Shown piece after piece: positions 10,850 to 22,956 of a stretch of DNA of 38,770 nt. The notes under the pieces are model-generated. The model worked only from the letters and a program-made list of their open reading frames with translations. It ran no database searches and was not told where the DNA came from. Origin of the DNA: Octopus bimaculoides (taxonomy: Eukaryota); the NCBI RefSeq assembly GCF_001194135.2, contig NC_069007.1, forward strand, positions 7,763,403-7,802,172, read 5' to 3'. Every line of letters begins with the position of its first letter. Position 1 is the stretch's first letter. A program made the translations under genes and the position numbers.

Positions 10850-11754
10850 NNNNNNNNNNNNNNNNNNNNNNNNNNNNNNNNNNNNNNNNNNNNNNNNNNN
10901 NNNNNNNNNNNNNNNNNNNNNNNNNNNNNNNNNNNNNNNNNNNNNNNNNNNNNNNNNNNNNNNNNNNNNNNNNNNNNNNNNNNNNNNNNNNNNNNNNNNN
11001 NNNNNNNNNNNNNNNNNNNNNNNNNNNNNNNNNNNNNNNNNNNNNNNNNNNNNNNNNNNNNNNNNNNNNNNNNNNNNNNNNNNNNNNNNNNNNNNNNNNN
11101 NNNNNNNNNNNNNNNNNNNNNNNNNNNNNNNNNNNNNNNNNNNNNNNNNNNNNNNNNNNNNNNNNNNNNNNNNNNNNNNNNNNNNNNNNNNNNNNNNNNN
11201 NNNNNNNNNNNNNNNNNNNNNNNNNNNNNNNNNNNNNNNNNNNNNNNNNNNNNNNNNNNNNNNNNNNNNNNNNNNNNNNNNNNNNNNNNNNNNNNNNNNN
11301 NNNNNNNNNNNNNNNNNNNNNNNNNNNNNNNNNNNNNNNNNNNNNNNNNNNNNNNNNNNNNNNNNNNNNNNNNNNNNNNNNNNNNNNNNNNNNNNNNNNN
11401 NNNNNNNNNNNNNNNNNNNNNNNNNNNNNNNNNNNNNNNNNNNNNNNNNNNNNNNNNNNNNNNNNNNNNNNNNNNNNNNNNNNNNNNNNNNNNNNNNNNN
11501 NNNNNNNNNNNNNNNNNNNNNNNNNNNNNNNNNNNNNNNNNNNNNNNNNNNNNNNNNNNNNNNNNNNNNNNNNNNNNNNNNNNNNNNNNNNNNNNNNNNN
11601 NNNNNNNNNNNNNNNNNNNNNNNNNNNNNNNNNNNNNNNNNNNNNNNNNNNNNNNNNNNNNNNNNNNNNNNNNNNNNNNNNNNNNNNNNNNNNNNNNNNN
11701 NNNNNNNNNNNNNNNNNNNNNNNNNNNNNNNNNNNNNNNNNNNNNNNNNNNNNN
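10850..11754. other. Assembly gap (others: 4325-4441, 15040-15299, 17763-18540, 18937-19313, 26394-27034)
   Basis: Runs of N, mostly bordered by microsatellites or repeats. Confidence 1.
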
Positions 11755-11917
11755 GTGTGTTTATGTACCCCGTAACTTAGAGGTTCAGCAAAAGATGCTG
11801 ATAGAATAAGTACTAGGCTTACAAAGAATAAGTCCTGGGGTCGATTTGCTCGACTAAAGGCGGTGCTCCAGCATGGCCACAGTCAAATGACTGAAACAAG
11901 TAAAAGAGTAAAGAGTA
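11755..11917 (+). mobile_element. SINE family A, 3' half after gap
   Basis: Matches the 3' half of 8211-8628. Confidence 0.8.
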
Positions 11918-12332
11918 TATGAAATTGTAATCTGAATGTTTTAAAAGTAATTATACTATTTAATGCATGTGTGTGTGTGTGTGTGTGTATGTACATAAAT
12001 CATCATCATCATTTAACGTCCGCTTTCCAAGCTAGCATGGGTTGGATGATTTGACTGCAGACTGACAAACCAGATGGCTGTACCAGACTCCAGCATTTCA
12101 GTACCAGTTGAGCCCTGGGGTTGATGGGATGGACTAGGCTCCTTCCCCAAAATTTCAGGCCTAGTGCCTTGGCAGAATCGTTAGCATACTGGGCAGAATG
12201 CTAAGTGGTATTTCATCCTTTTGGGGTTGATAAAGTACCAGTGAAACACTGGAGTCAAGTGTCAGGCCTTCTGCCTTTAGTAGAAAGGATTATTATTATT
12301 ATTATTATTATTATTATCATTATTATTTTTAA

Positions 12333-12529
12333 CCCTTTAGCATTCAAATTACTCTATCAAATGTAAAGATTGTTTATTCATATCATTTTCAGTTAATCAT
12401 ATATTATCTCATAGCTGAGATTTCAGTGATGCTACTGTCTACCTTTAGGGTGACATTGTAGGGTAGGTGTGAGAGGTTAGACCCGGCCTGTTTGAACTTA
12501 AAACAGGATACGGACTAAATGCCAAAGGG
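12333..12529. mobile_element. piggyBac-type MITE, same family
   Basis: TTAA|CCCTTTAGCATT ... AATGCCAAAGGG|TTAA. Confidence 0.75.
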
Positions 12530-13504
12530 TTAAGGTGAGAAACTGGCAGAAATTGTTAGCATTCTGCATGAATTACTTAGCAGTATTTCTTCTCACTCCT
12601 CATACTGAGTTCAAATCCCGGTAAACCTGATTTTACCTTCCATCCATTCTGGGTCAGTAAAATAAGTAACAGTGGAGAACTGTTGGTCAATGTAATCAAT
12701 CAGACCCCTTCCCCAAAATTCCAAGTTTCGTGGCTACATTGTAAAAAGGATTATTTCTAATTAGGTCAACACGTTAGTTATTTTGCAAGGTCCTATTTTT
12801 TTTAATATCCATTTTAAGTTAAGCCTTTAATTTACATAATTAGATTGTTTTTCATAATCCGGTGTCTTTTTGAATGTTTCTTTTTAAAGACATTATTTCA
12901 TTATTTGATTTGTTTCTGGGTTTGGTCTTTTTTTTTTTTTTTAATTAAAACCAAAAATAATAAATTAAAACAAAATCACATTATGTTCTGTCACAAAAGA
13001 AAGCAAGAAATATGCGGAGACCAATGGCACGAAGGTCATGTAACAAACAAAACTATTATTAGCCACGAGATATCCAACTGTGATTCTAGTTTATTCTCTT
13101 TTGCCTTGGCTAACCAGCACAATAGTCTAGTATCAGATGTGGCTCCGTGTGTTTGTGGTTGAGATGCTCGCCTCCAAACTGAGTGGCCTTACGTTAAGTC
13201 TACTAAAGCTCTAAGCTGACCAAAGACTTGCAAGAGGAAACTGAAAGAAGCCCTGTGTGTGTGTGTGTGTGTGTGTGTTCATGAGTGAGTATGTTTCTGT
13301 GTATATATATATTTGTTTTGCCATCATGGTTGTAAATGAGAACATTGCAACCATAAAACCGAAGTTGTTCACTGCCAGTCTTCCATGAAAGACATGTCTG
13401 GCCATAGGGAAAAATATTACATTGCTTTGAAGCAGACAAGGGTGGGTGACAGGAAAGGCATCAGCTGTAGAAAATCTGCCTTGTCACTGAAAAGTGGACA
13501 TTAA

Positions 13505-13724
13505 ACTCTTTAGCATTCAAACTGGCCATATCTAGCCTAAATATTCTCCCTGTTTTATGTCCAAACCAGACAGATGCAACCTCTCACACATACCCTACAA
13601 TGTCCTAAAAATAAGCAAATCACATCATGAAAATCTCAAAGCTGCAAGATGAATGCATAATTAATTAAAAACAATGTGAATACTTAAGAGTTACATTTGA
13701 CAGAATACTCTGAATGCTAAGGGG
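13505..13724. mobile_element. piggyBac-type MITE, same family
   Basis: TTAA|ACTCTTTAGCATTCA ... TGAATGCTAAGGGG|TTAA; partial copies near 7520, 8936, 10560, 26215, 31600. Confidence 0.72.
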
Positions 13725-14480
13725 TTAAACGAACAAAAAGATGGAAATAAAAGGGAAGCAAAAAAAAAACCAAAGAAAAAACAAAAATTTTATCTCTTAT
13801 ATTGCGACCATGTTGGGGCATTACCTTGAAGAAATTTCAGTTGAATGAATCAACCCCCTATTCTTTTTTTTTTTTTTTTAAATAGCCTGGTACTTATTCT
13901 ATCATTCTCTTTTGCTGAACTGCTAAATCATAGGGACTTAAACACAGCAAGACTTGTTGTCAAGCAGTGAGGGTGACAAACACATATATACACACACACA
14001 CAACGGGCTTCTTTTAGTTTCCGTCTACGAAATTCACTTACAATGCTTCAATCAGCCCAAGGCTATAGCAGAAGACACTTGCCCAAAGTGCCACACAGTA
14101 GGATACACACACACACACACATACAACAGGGATGTGCAAGGTAGGCGGTGCCTACCTTGAATAAAATAGATTTGTAGCAACATTTTCGTTTTATGGCAAA
14201 ATATACATCTAATTCAATAAAATTATGAAGTTTACTCTCATTACTATGCATAAAATGCACAATATTTTATTTTTTTGTAGATTAGGTAGACATAATTCGC
14301 CTCTGCTTTTCAATCTTAGTATTTTAGCTATGCATAGTACTGTATTAGTACACGTACGGTGAACACTCCTACAACAACGTTTTCTTTAAGGCGGAAATAT
14401 TTTCGCTTATTTTTTGTGTGTTTTACTACATAAAAGTCAGCAACTGCCTACCCCAAGTAACTACTGATGACACGTGCCTG

Positions 14481-14787
14481 ATATGGTTCCGGGGTCAGCC
14501 CCACTTGGTGGCACCTTGGTCAAGTGTCTTCTACTATATCCTCGAGCTGACCAAAGCCTTGTGAGTGGATCTGGTAGACGGAAACTGAAAGAAGCCCGTC
14601 CTATGTGTGTTTGTCCCCACCAACCGATGTTGGTGTGTTTACATTCCCGTAACTTAGTGGTTCGGCACAAGAGTCCGATAGAATAAGTACTCGGCTTACA
14701 AAAATTAGTCCTGGGATCGATTTGCTCGACTAAAGGCGGTGCTCCAGCATGGCCGCAGTCAAATGACTGAAACAAGTAAAAGAGTAA
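14481..14787 (+). mobile_element. SINE family A, 5'-truncated
   Basis: Matches the body and tail of 8211-8628. Confidence 0.8.
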
Positions 14788-15742
14788 GTGATTTTGCTGT
14801 TATGACTGTTTGGAATGCCTTACAATAACTATTCAGATTGATTTTGGCCATTTTAGTTTTTAACTTAAAAACCATGGGTGGAGCCATTTTGGTATAACAA
14901 AAAGAAAAAAAAAAAAATTGTAAATATATTCAAGGGAGGTTTCGCTGTAGTTTCTAGCACAATCCAAACCACGCCCTCTTTTCACTCTCACATGTATTGA
15001 TACTTCTTCAATATTTTGATAGAATGATAATGCTGCAGTNNNNNNNNNNNNNNNNNNNNNNNNNNNNNNNNNNNNNNNNNNNNNNNNNNNNNNNNNNNNN
15101 NNNNNNNNNNNNNNNNNNNNNNNNNNNNNNNNNNNNNNNNNNNNNNNNNNNNNNNNNNNNNNNNNNNNNNNNNNNNNNNNNNNNNNNNNNNNNNNNNNNN
15201 NNNNNNNNNNNNNNNNNNNNNNNNNNNNNNNNNNNNNNNNNNNNNNNNNNNNNNNNNNNNNNNNNNNNNNNNNNNNNNNNNNNNNNNNNNNNNNNNNNNT
15301 ATATATATATATATAAGTACTTTTACAGACAAATACCCCATGTATGTATATTTGAACTCAGAACATAATATATACTTATATATAAATATATGTGTGTGTG
15401 TGTGTGTGTGTGTGTACGTACATATAAAAGCACCCACTATACCCTCAGAGTGGTTGGCGTTAGGAAGGGCATCCAGCTGTAGAAACTCTGCCAAATCAGG
15501 TTGGAGCCTGGTGCAGCCATATGGTCCGCCAGTCCTCAGTCAAATCGTCCAATCCATGCTACCATGGAAAGCGGACGTTAAACGATGATGATGATAATCA
15601 GTTATTTGTAGGATTCATTTGCATGAAAGTATTGTAATAATCAGGACACAAAGAGTTGAGATTAGCATATCTGTGTGAACAGTGTAAACAGACACTCACA
15701 TATATCAATGACTATATGGACATGTTTTAACACATATGCATG

Positions 15743-15830
<88 letters not shown>
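15743..15830. repeat. Compound (CT)n(AT)n microsatellite
   Basis: Read directly. Other microsatellites: (CA)n 3234-3268 and 10815-10849, (ATT)n 8098-8135 and 12288-12326, (TA)n 16778-16830 and 19314-19356. Confidence 0.95.
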
Positions 15831-15833
<3 letters not shown>

Positions 15834-16075
15834 ATGCATATGGTGAAGGTCAAAGCACAATCTTTACATATCTTTCAATGTTCTTGTCTTTCCCTGATAT
15901 ATTAAAGCATGTGAAGCAGACCTGTTTTTGTCTTTTTCCAAATAATACTTTTCTCAAATATAAAAATATCTTCATACTTTGACCATGAGAAAGTATCAAA
16001 AAAAAAAATAAATAAATAAATCAAATGTAAACGTCAAAGATTTTAAACTGCTATTATGCGTGTATAAGAACATAC

Positions 16076-16400
16076 TCTTTACTCTTTTACTTGTTTCAGT
16101 CATTTGACTGTGGCCATGCTGGAGCACCACCTTTAGTCAAGCAAATCGACCCCAGGACTTATTCTTTGTAAGCCTAGTATTTATTCTATCGTTCTCTTTT
16201 GCCGAACCGCTAAGTGACGGGGACGTAAACACACCAGCATGGGTTGTCAAGCAATGCTAGGGGGACAAACAGACACACAAACACATACATATATACGATG
16301 GGCTTCTTTCAGTTTCCGTCTACTAAATCCACTCACAAGGCTTTGGTGAGCAAGCTACTTTGGTAAGCAAGCTACTTACCACACAGCCACTCCTGCGCCT
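16076..16400 (-). mobile_element. SINE family A with internal deletion
   Basis: Reverse-complement match to both head and tail. Confidence 0.8.
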
Positions 16401-16776
16401 ATATACATATAGAAAATCAGTGACTTGTTTCAGTCAATAAATTGAGCCCATGCTGGGGCACTGTCTTGAAGGTTTTTAGTTGACCAAATTGGTAGTATTA
16501 CTTAAAGCTTGCTACTTATTCTACTGGTCTCTTCTTTTGCTGAACTGCAAAGTGAAGAGGATGTAAACAAACCAACACCAACTATCAAGTGATGAGACAA
16601 AATACAATGCGTGGGTGAGTATACGATGGGCTTGCACATAGTAACTATCTACTAAATTCACTCACAAGGCTATGATTGACCTGGAGTTATAGTAGAAGAT
16701 ACATGGGGTGGTGCACAATGGGATTGAACTGGAAACTAAATGGTTGCAAAATGAGCAGCTTAACCACATAGCTATG

Positions 16777-16830
<54 letters not shown>

Positions 16831-16832
<2 letters not shown>

Positions 16833-17324
16833 TGGTGGTGAAGCATGACCTTCGAACATTAGGCCTCACCGAGGCAATGACTAGTAACCGAGACCTTTCG
16901 AAATATGCAGTGCATGAGAAGACCCAGCAAGCCAAGTGAGACCATAACCTGTGGCCTACTTATGAGTACCCCTCATTCACTGGACAATAAACCTTGCTTG
17001 CGAAGACCTGTTGAGGCAAGTGAAATCGAAATCAAATTCGCAAATTCAATGACCGGCACCCGTGCCAGTGGAGAACTAAGAGCACCATCCGAGTGTGATC
17101 GCTGCTGGAGCAGCTGACTGTACTGCCTGACTGGCCCTCGTGCTGGTGGCACACAAAAGCACCCACTGCACTCTCGGAGTGGTTAGTGTTAGGAAGGGCA
17201 TCCAGCTGTAGAAACTGACAGATCAGATTGGAGCCTGGTGTAGCCTTCTGGCTTGCCAGTCCTCAGTCAAATCGTCCAACCCATGCTAGCATGGAAAGCG
17301 GATGTTAAATGATGATAATGATGA
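16831..17324 (+). mobile_element. 5'-truncated RTE LINE 3' end starting at a (TA)n tract
   Basis: Begins VVVKHDLRTLGLTEAMT (same family as 881-1293) and ends with a GATGATAATGATG tail. Confidence 0.75.
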
Positions 17325-17473
17325 CACACACACCACACATAAGTAGTTTGTTTGATAACCAGGACGTCTAGGAAGTTGCCAGGGTAACAAGACAACAGAG
17401 TCAGCCAAAGTAAATAACTATTATAGCATTGAGTACTTCACCTGCTCTATTCCTTACCATGTGTGTGTATACT

Positions 17474-17762
17474 CTTTTACTCTTTTACTTGTTTCAGTCT
17501 TTTGACTGTGGCCATAAACACACCAGCATCGGTTGTCAAGCGATGTTGGGGGGACAAACACAGACATACAAACACATACACACATACATATATATATATA
17601 CGACAGGCTTCTTTCAGTTTCCGTCTACCAAATCCACTCAAGGCATTGGTCGGCCCGAGGCTATAGTAGAAGACACTTGCCCAAGATGCCACGCAGTGGG
17701 ACTGAACCCGGGACCATGTGGTTGGTAAGCAAGCTACTTACCACACAGCCACTCCTACGCCT
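17474..17762 (-). mobile_element. SINE family A with internal deletion
   Basis: Reverse-complement match; the head ends at the gap. Confidence 0.8.
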
Positions 17763-19313
17763 NNNNNNNNNNNNNNNNNNNNNNNNNNNNNNNNNNNNNN
17801 NNNNNNNNNNNNNNNNNNNNNNNNNNNNNNNNNNNNNNNNNNNNNNNNNNNNNNNNNNNNNNNNNNNNNNNNNNNNNNNNNNNNNNNNNNNNNNNNNNNN
17901 NNNNNNNNNNNNNNNNNNNNNNNNNNNNNNNNNNNNNNNNNNNNNNNNNNNNNNNNNNNNNNNNNNNNNNNNNNNNNNNNNNNNNNNNNNNNNNNNNNNN
18001 NNNNNNNNNNNNNNNNNNNNNNNNNNNNNNNNNNNNNNNNNNNNNNNNNNNNNNNNNNNNNNNNNNNNNNNNNNNNNNNNNNNNNNNNNNNNNNNNNNNN
18101 NNNNNNNNNNNNNNNNNNNNNNNNNNNNNNNNNNNNNNNNNNNNNNNNNNNNNNNNNNNNNNNNNNNNNNNNNNNNNNNNNNNNNNNNNNNNNNNNNNNN
18201 NNNNNNNNNNNNNNNNNNNNNNNNNNNNNNNNNNNNNNNNNNNNNNNNNNNNNNNNNNNNNNNNNNNNNNNNNNNNNNNNNNNNNNNNNNNNNNNNNNNN
18301 NNNNNNNNNNNNNNNNNNNNNNNNNNNNNNNNNNNNNNNNNNNNNNNNNNNNNNNNNNNNNNNNNNNNNNNNNNNNNNNNNNNNNNNNNNNNNNNNNNNN
18401 NNNNNNNNNNNNNNNNNNNNNNNNNNNNNNNNNNNNNNNNNNNNNNNNNNNNNNNNNNNNNNNNNNNNNNNNNNNNNNNNNNNNNNNNNNNNNNNNNNNN
18501 NNNNNNNNNNNNNNNNNNNNNNNNNNNNNNNNNNNNNNNNACTAGCCTGATAGACTCGGCTATGTCAAGATGGATTTATGTATTCTTCCTCCCACTTGGA
18601 TTTTTATGTATTTTTTCTCCCACTTGGATTTGAAATGTTGCCACAATTATAATATGTCTATTCCACTGTAATTTTCTGCATTTTCGTGCAGCTGAAGATT
18701 GCTCTTCATATTGCATTTAATGTAATGCTCGCATTACTTAAATAAATGGAGTAGCATGAAGCGTGCGTACTGCAATCACCTTTGAAACCCGTGTTGCTTA
18801 TTTTGATCACCTATCCTTTTGGAATGGTTTTTGTATAATATAATACCATACCATACGATATTCTGGTGCCTACACATAAGTACCATATTCAATCTTGAAT
18901 CTAAATCTAAACCCTCTCTCTCTCTCTCTCTATATANNNNNNNNNNNNNNNNNNNNNNNNNNNNNNNNNNNNNNNNNNNNNNNNNNNNNNNNNNNNNNNN
19001 NNNNNNNNNNNNNNNNNNNNNNNNNNNNNNNNNNNNNNNNNNNNNNNNNNNNNNNNNNNNNNNNNNNNNNNNNNNNNNNNNNNNNNNNNNNNNNNNNNNN
19101 NNNNNNNNNNNNNNNNNNNNNNNNNNNNNNNNNNNNNNNNNNNNNNNNNNNNNNNNNNNNNNNNNNNNNNNNNNNNNNNNNNNNNNNNNNNNNNNNNNNN
19201 NNNNNNNNNNNNNNNNNNNNNNNNNNNNNNNNNNNNNNNNNNNNNNNNNNNNNNNNNNNNNNNNNNNNNNNNNNNNNNNNNNNNNNNNNNNNNNNNNNNN
19301 NNNNNNNNNNNNN

Positions 19314-19366
<53 letters not shown>

Positions 19367-21148
19367 TACATACATACATACATATATATATGTATATAGT
19401 GTGCGTGTATAATTAAAAGCTTTCTAGAATCTACTAGAAATTACGATCGCATTCGACTGCAGCGGAATTTGAACTAAGGAAGACGACCGCGACACCGGAC
19501 TGTAAAACTGCACTCGCGAAACCAAAACAATAATAATAAATCATTTATGCTTTTCAAAAAACAAATTTCATCTGATGGAGACTGAATATTCACATCCGTC
19601 ATAGAAGAAAGGGAAAAAAGAAAAAATTACAAGTTGAGACAAGCACGTTGTTTAGTTCAAATCAACCCTTGATCTGGGAAACCTATGATTAAAGACATTT
19701 CGCTTACACACACACACACACAAAGAGGATGTACAGAGTATGTAGGACCTACACTAAACACCGACTCAATCATCTGTCCTTCTTATTTTAAAAAGGTATC
19801 GTGAAATTTGACGAAGATATGGCTGTAATTGTCTGTTGCTGGCTTGTTGAAACAAACATGTTGTTACTGACGAGTCCCAGGTCAGCTCTAATTAAGGAGA
19901 CATATCGTGAAAAGGTATTCTAGCCGTGGCCACTTCATTTATTTTATGACTCACCCCCAACCTTTTTTTAATGTGGAAGGATTGGATGTAATCTGAAAAG
20001 GATTTAAGCTGCTACATCTAGTAAACCGAGAGAGGATCATACCTGGTCTCTGTTGTAACAGGCAGGATTTCACCAAGGACATTGATAACATAAGTGATAA
20101 AGCTCCAAGTATGGGAAACGAAACCGAGTCGCAAGAAACCGTATTGCTTTTAGAAAGATGAGAGGAAGTCTGAGTAATATTAAAAGGGAATGGTGTGGGC
20201 GTTACGTAGTTCCCGGAATTGGTAGAATGGTAACGAGTTCTTCAACATGAAGCACGTTCTTAGAATTTATAATTATTAGAAGAGAGGATAACAAAACTAC
20301 GTGATGGTCATGCCTTTTTCGAAAATCGGTGACGAGAGTAAATATAATATGAAAACAGGATATGAACATTAAAGTCAATTATCGCTCGAATAAACTATCT
20401 GACATGTACACCCTCATTAAAAACCACACACACACACATATTACTCTTTTACTTGTTTCAGTCATTTGACTGTGGCCATGTTGGAGCACCGCCATGCACA
20501 CACTAGAAGCAAACATTATATATATTAACATACACATGTGTAGCTGTATAAACATACTCACTTTTCTTTTAAATAGATTACAAAATATAGTTATAATTCG
20601 CTTGAAAACAGGTACAATACAAAGTTGACGAGCCGTTGCCAAGAAAACTTCGAAGTCACAGTGACTATGTATTTCTTTATCATACACCTGTACAAATATA
20701 CACGTGTCGTTATGCCTGTATTTATATATATATACACACACACACACAGACATATATATCTGCAGAGATACATATACGCAGAGAGATAAACACAGATTGT
20801 TATCAGCTGAAATGTGTTTCTAATACTGTATGAAATGCATAACATACATTAGATAGAGACACACATGGTATATAGATTCGTACACAAATTATGTATGTGA
20901 GTGCGTGTGTATATATTTCTGTGTATATCTTATATAATATTCACACGTCAACACCTACGACAAGTTCATAACAAACAGGTAATCAGGAAAGCAGTTATTC
21001 AAAAGATATCCTCCACGCCCTACAAACCACAGAAGACAATGCTGCCCTCCATAAACTCAAACCCACCCTCTAACAGACACAGTAATAACGACAATAATAT
21101 ATATATATGTAATAATTATTTAGGAAACTAATCAAGGGAATCCCTTAC

Positions 21149-21867
21149 CCGCCGACGGAGGTCTCGAGGTTAGCAGTGGATGTCTGTATAATGTTCCCGT
21201 CACCTCCTTTCCGTACATCGAACAGATGCGGAAGGAGGAGTCGCCGTCGTTGTTGTCGTTGGCAGTCATCGCTTTCATCGCCAGTCTGCCTCTCATCGAC
21301 CTTGTTATCGTCACACCCTGCTCCTGCTTCTCCTCGTTTTCTCTCCCCGCTTTCGTTTCCTTCTTCGTCCTCCTCGCCTTCGACCTTAAACTTCACCATA
21401 GCACCGTAGTCTTCCTCGTCCATGTCCGTCTCGATGAAGACGGCTGTCATCGAACTCATGTCGTTCTCCTCGTCTTCTTCGTCGTAGCCGATTGGGTTCT
21501 CTCCGACGTAACTGATGAAAGGCAACCTTTCATCGTCATCATCATCATCACCGTCTTCGTCTTCTCCGTTATGGTGATGGTGGTGATAATGTGACTGCCC
21601 CTGTGTTATGTCGTGGCGGTCTTCCTCGTTTTTGTGATAATATCCTCCAGCCACAACACAACCACAGCTACCACCACCACAGCTACCACCACCACCACCA
21701 CCTCCAGCTCTGTCCGAACTGTTAGCGATGCTATTATCATTGTTACTGGGGGTATGGTTGCTGTTTGTTGCACTAATAATTGCAGCGTTTTCTCTGTTGG
21801 GGTCGGTGCTTGTGCAAGGCCGAGGGCTGTTCTTTTCTTCCATAGTTACAAAGGAAGAAATTTCCAT
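21149..21867 (-). CDS. MTF1: MTF1 first coding exon (N-terminal Gly/Cys/His/acidic region)
   Basis: First in-frame ATG at 21867 (in-frame TAG upstream; second ATG at 21843). The frame is open for 719 nt to the donor GG|GTAAGG at 21149/21148 (phase 2). Joining GG to the G of the 5325 exon gives ...TSVG-G-YIHNT, matching the recalled vertebrate MTF1 GYVQH. TAVFIETD resembles the recalled MTF1 TTVLIEQD. Confidence 0.85.
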
Positions 21868-21924
21868 GAAGAAGAAGGAGTAGAGCTGTGACACCCTCTC
21901 CTACTTTGTTGTCGCCCTGATAGC
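21868..21924 (-). other. MTF1: 5'UTR part of the MTF1 first coding exon, implying an upstream non-coding exon
   Basis: Minus-strand TAACTGAC branch-like motif followed by AATATTTTCAG| ending at 21925; no ATG before 21867. Confidence 0.55.
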
Positions 21925-22149
21925 CTGAAAATATTGATTACAGGTCAGTTAACTTATGCCTTTATGGTCCTTTCGAGTCTTCTCCGAAGACCACTTCTTT
22001 CGATACTGTACCAGGACAGCAACTAAGGCAAGCAAAAGGTGGCCAGCGAACAATACACTACACGATTTACGATTGGTTAAATTCCTGCATATTATCCAAT
22101 CAGACGAGTTGTTCTTTAACGCAATCCTTCTTCACATCTCTTACGCTGT

Positions 22150-22379
22150 TTGTCTCTCCCTCTTTTTTCTTTCCCTCTCTTTATCGTATACGGTGTCTCT
22201 TCCCTATCATTCTTTCTCTGTATCTCTGTATTTTTTCCCCCGTTTATATTTCTCTATTTCTTTCCCTCTTTCTCTTTCTCTCTCTTTCTTTCCCTCGCTC
22301 TTCTCTCCTTATATTTCTCTTTCTCTCTCTTTCTTTCCCTCTCTCTATTTCTATACATCTCCCTCTTCCTTCCCTTCCA
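22150..22379. repeat. About 230-bp imperfect CT/GA tract between the MTF1 and RPS4 starts
   Basis: Nearly pure pyrimidines on the + strand, with recurring CTCTCTTTCTTTCCCTC units. Confidence 0.85.
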
Positions 22380-22503
22380 GCTGTCAACCAATCACCATCA
22401 CTCTCAGCTCCGCAAACAATTTCTTAACCACAAAAAACGGGAAGTCATTCAGTAAACTAATCACTCACATGTAATTATCTCCCTTTAAAACCTTACCGCT
22501 CTT

Positions 22504-22510
22504 GTGCGCA
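22504..22510 (-). promoter_or_regulatory. MRE core TGCGCAC
   Basis: + strand GTGCGCA; the reverse complement matches TGCRCNC. It lies about 20 nt upstream of the RPS4 TCT. Motif match only. Confidence 0.35.
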
Positions 22511-22528
22511 GTCGTGACAGGAAATCAT

Positions 22529-22535
22529 TCTTTTT
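22529..22535 (+). promoter_or_regulatory. TCT initiator / 5'TOP start of RPS4 (predicted TSS C22530)
   Basis: TCTTTTT matches YC(+1)TYTYY, the ribosomal protein gene initiator, 23 nt before the ATG. Confidence 0.7.
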
Positions 22536-22552
22536 AGCTTGCGCCATCCAAA

Positions 22553-22555
22553 ATG
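22553..22555 (+). CDS. RPS4: RPS4 exon 1 coding part (ATG only)
   Basis: AAAATG|GTGAGT, 23 nt after a TCT motif. An ATG-only first exon is also the recalled structure of human RPS4X. Confidence 0.9.
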
Positions 22556-22756
22556 GTGAGTACCGTGGTGTTTTCTCTCTTCCTAAATCCACATTAATCT
22601 TAATTACTGCTACCATCATATAGTTTAAATTCCATATTATCGCATGCAATTATCCCCAAACTTTATTTACATGTTTATACTTACCGATCTATGCTGATAA
22701 TTAACAAATAACATATATTATACTTTCCAATCGTGTTCCCATTTCGGTGATCAATG

Positions 22757-22763
22757 GTGCGCA
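22757..22763 (-). promoter_or_regulatory. Second MRE core TGCGCAC (RPS4 intron 1)
   Basis: Same heptamer as at 22504. Motif match only. Confidence 0.3.
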
Positions 22764-22947
22764 TATACTACACACTTCTATTTATAATTACATCGTTATC
22801 GTCCTTATTTTATATTTGATTTATTTTAGGTAACAGTAATCAATCATGTTGTAATATATACTGATTGATTTATGCTCTCAAAGTTATATTTATAATCGAA
22901 TTTAATGAAAAACGTCAGCGCGTGGATCTGACGAAGACCGAAATTAT

Positions 22948-22956
22948 AAAATGGCG
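22948..22956 (+). promoter_or_regulatory. YY1-type motif AAAATGGCG in RPS4 intron 1
   Basis: Matches the AANATGGCG consensus. YY1 sites are common near ribosomal protein gene starts. Motif match only. Confidence 0.35.

Noticed and set aside
14127-14480. hAT-like MITE with CAGG...CCTG ends and GGTAGGC subterminal repeats
   Set aside because: No 8-bp TSD and weak TIRs; not enough support to call.
21176-21891. Plus-strand ORFs of 77, 122 and 92 aa
   Set aside because: Antisense shadows of the GC-rich, low-complexity MTF1 coding exon; no independent evidence.
21145-21894. 249-aa single-exon gene, as suggested by the ORF track
   Set aside because: It starts at GTG, and its stop (TAA) lies inside the GTAAGG donor; this is the first coding exon of spliced MTF1.
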